A stretch of DNA of 64,000 nucleotides from Oligoflexales bacterium. GTDB lineage: Bacteria; Bdellovibrionota_B; Oligoflexia; Oligoflexales; JAPPIL01. The position numbers and the translations under genes are program-made. Shown piece after piece: positions 62,271-64,000 of this stretch (position 1 is the first letter of the stretch; the number at the start of each line of letters is the position of its first letter). The stretch is from positions 562,167 through 626,166 of the forward strand of contig OZ245333.1 of assembly GCA_965226195.1 (NCBI GenBank), given 5' to 3'. The notes under the pieces were generated by a model. The model did no database searches. It was not told the DNA's origin and saw nothing but the letters and a program-made list of their open reading frames with translations.

Positions 62271-63319
62271 ATCTGCAAGAACGTGGAGTTGAGTTCAGTT
62301 TTCCCAACGGCAGAAGCGGCGACCCGCTAGTCTATGGTTTTAATCATCGCACGGGCGAAGCCTTTCTGTTTGATCTCGGTGGTTTAGAACGACTGGCACG
62401 CAAAAAATTGCTGAAGGTGAGCAAGATTTTCGTCAGTCACACACACATCGACCACTTTGTCGGCTTCGATCGGCTGCTGCGCATCAACGTGCCACATCGC
62501 CGCGTGTTGGAATTTTGCGGCCCGCCCGGTATCGTTGCCAACATTCAGGGCAAGCTGGCGGGCTATGCGTGGAACTTACTCGAACGCCATCAGATTCGCT
62601 TCGTGATTCACGAGTTGCATGCCCCCAACCGCATTGTTTCGTATAGGTTGCAGTTTGAGGACGGCTTCAAGCTCTATCAGTTTCATGACTTTCCACATCC
62701 CGACGGCACAGTCACAACTTTCAAGGATGGCGCACGCATCAAGGCAACGCTAGTTGATCACGGCATCCCTGTCGCCTCGTATCGCCTCTGTTTTCCACCC
62801 AAATATCGTGTGCGCAGCGAGGAACTAGCCAAGCATGACGTACAGCCAGGCCCGTGGCTGAAACAACTGCTCGCGGCACTCGACGACCCACATGCACCTG
62901 AAGAGATAGCTGTGGAGGGCAAAAACTATCGCATCGACTGGTTGAAAGATAATCTGCTGGACTGCTATCCCGAATTTTCCGTCAGCTATCTTACTGACTT
63001 GCGCTTTTGTTGGGAAAACCTCGATGTGGTCAAAAAACTACATTGGGACACCACAGTGCTATTTTGTGAATCTGCTTTTAATGCGGAAGACTGTTTACGG
63101 GCAGTGCAGAAGGCACATCTCTCGACTCGTCAATGCGCTTTGCTCGCCAGCTGGATTGGCAGTCGGCGGTTGGAAAATTTTCATTTTTCTAAAATCTATA
63201 GCCCCCGTAGTGGTGCACTGCGAGGCGAAGCTGAGCGTTATCTCAAACGCTATCGGCAGCTGAACACGGTGCAGCTGCGGCAACAAATTGAACTAGAAAT
63301 TGCTCGCTGCAAAGAGTAG
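62267..63319 (+). CDS. ribonuclease Z-like MBL-fold hydrolase
   Basis: NG..GDP, SHTHIDHFVGFD, DHGIP, HLS, FHFS. Confidence 0.85.
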   Translation: MNLQERGVEFSFPNGRSGDPLVYGFNHRTGEAFLFDLGGLERLARKKLLKVSKIFVSHTHIDHFVGFDRLLRINVPHRRVLEFCGPPGIVANIQGKLAGYAWNLLERHQIRFVIHELHAPNRIVSYRLQFEDGFKLYQFHDFPHPDGTVTTFKDGARIKATLVDHGIPVASYRLCFPPKYRVRSEELAKHDVQPGPWLKQLLAALDDPHAPEEIAVEGKNYRIDWLKDNLLDCYPEFSVSYLTDLRFCWENLDVVKKLHWDTTVLFCESAFNAEDCLRAVQKAHLSTRQCALLASWIGSRRLENFHFSKIYSPRSGALRGEAERYLKRYRQLNTVQLRQQIELEIARCKE

Positions 63320-63374
63320 GAGCTAGGAAGCGGCAAAGAGTAGGAGCTAGGAAGCGGCAAAGAGTGGGAGCTAG
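63309..63374 (+). repeat. 24-bp tandem array (x2.7) that supplies the upstream stop codon
   Basis: GCAAAGAGT(A/G)GGAGCTAGGAAGCG units. Confidence 0.9.
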
Positions 63375-63395
63375 ATCGTGTTGGCAACAAAAAAT

Positions 63396-64000
63396 CTACT
63401 CAAGACCACCGTCGGTAATTTCCCAGCCCTTGTCCTTGATGAGTCGCGAGCGAGCGGTTGCGGCTTGTGCGGTGTATTTCGACGAGCCACCGTGCAGACT
63501 TACGTTTTTCTTAGTGGTGGTTTGCTCAATCCTCATCAACATTTTGGTATAAGTAGAGGTAGGTAGTGTTACGTGCTCAAACATTGCGCCCATCTTTTCG
63601 ACTTGGGCAAAGTTCCAGCTTTCGACGTTCAAATTTTTGCCCACTTTCTTTGCCCCTGTGAACATAAAGGCCATGTCCGTGACTCTGGAAACATTCCAGT
63701 TACTGACATCTGGTTCAGCACTAACCGCGTTCATGAACATCTGACTCATGTTGGTAACTCTAGCGACATACCAGTCACTGACATCAGGATTAGCGCGCGG
63801 CGCATCGCGAAACATACCGCTCATGTTGGTAACACTGTGTGTGCCCCACGTGGAAACGTTAGGGCGTGCCCGCAATGCGGCGTTGAACATATTGCTCATG
63901 TTGGTGACTCGCTCTGTATCCCAACCATCGACGACGGGACTGGCAACAAGGGCATTGCGAAACATACTCCGCATATTGGTAACGCTACTGACGTTCCAGT
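63396..64000 (-). CDS. DUF285/BspA-type repeat surface protein (5' end outside window)
   Basis: W.v..VTNM..MF repeats; C-terminal L....GW.ITDGG. Confidence 0.88.
   Translation of the reverse strand, partial: WNVSSVTNMRSMFRNALVASPVVDGWDTERVTNMSNMFNAALRARPNVSTWGTHSVTNMSGMFRDAPRANPDVSDWYVARVTNMSQMFMNAVSAEPDVSNWNVSRVTDMAFMFTGAKKVGKNLNVESWNFAQVEKMGAMFEHVTLPTSTYTKMLMRIEQTTTKKNVSLHGGSSKYTAQAATARSRLIKDKGWEITDGGLE

Overview
Bacterial chromosomal window. The gene content (PocR-sigma54 regulator, tandem-FHA protein, vWA lipoproteins, c554-type cytochrome, b'/b ATP synthase subunits, GldA/F/G-DUF4340 ABC module) points to a Bdellovibrionota/Oligoflexia-like organism, and the load of eukaryote-like proteins suggests it is host-associated; both are inference. 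Housekeeping genes (tRNA-Gln, prs, mltG, lgt, atpF'FH-AGDC, purM, speE module) are interleaved with lineage-specific secreted proteins: 9 ankyrin genes, a Cys-repeat/PT-repeat surface protein, a DUF285/BspA-like protein and a family of small beta-rich secreted proteins, several of them broken. Main unusual observations: (1) at least six unrelated proteins share a tandem two-signal-peptide leader (SP1, basic acid-poor linker, SP2), and this leader appears to have been shuffled between passengers; (2) a REP-like core GCTAG(A/G)AAGCGGCA, often with a GNA-triloop hairpin, seeds tandem arrays of different periods at about 9 loci, in frame inside conserved genes; (3) a signal-peptide-bearing Leu/Phe-tRNA-protein transferase (Aat)-like protein with altered catalytic residues; (4) a 188-nt rod-shaped structured RNA candidate; (5) IS903-type MITEs, one with a perfect 9-bp TSD, apparently targeting one repeat module. 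All calls come from reading the sequence; no database searches were run.
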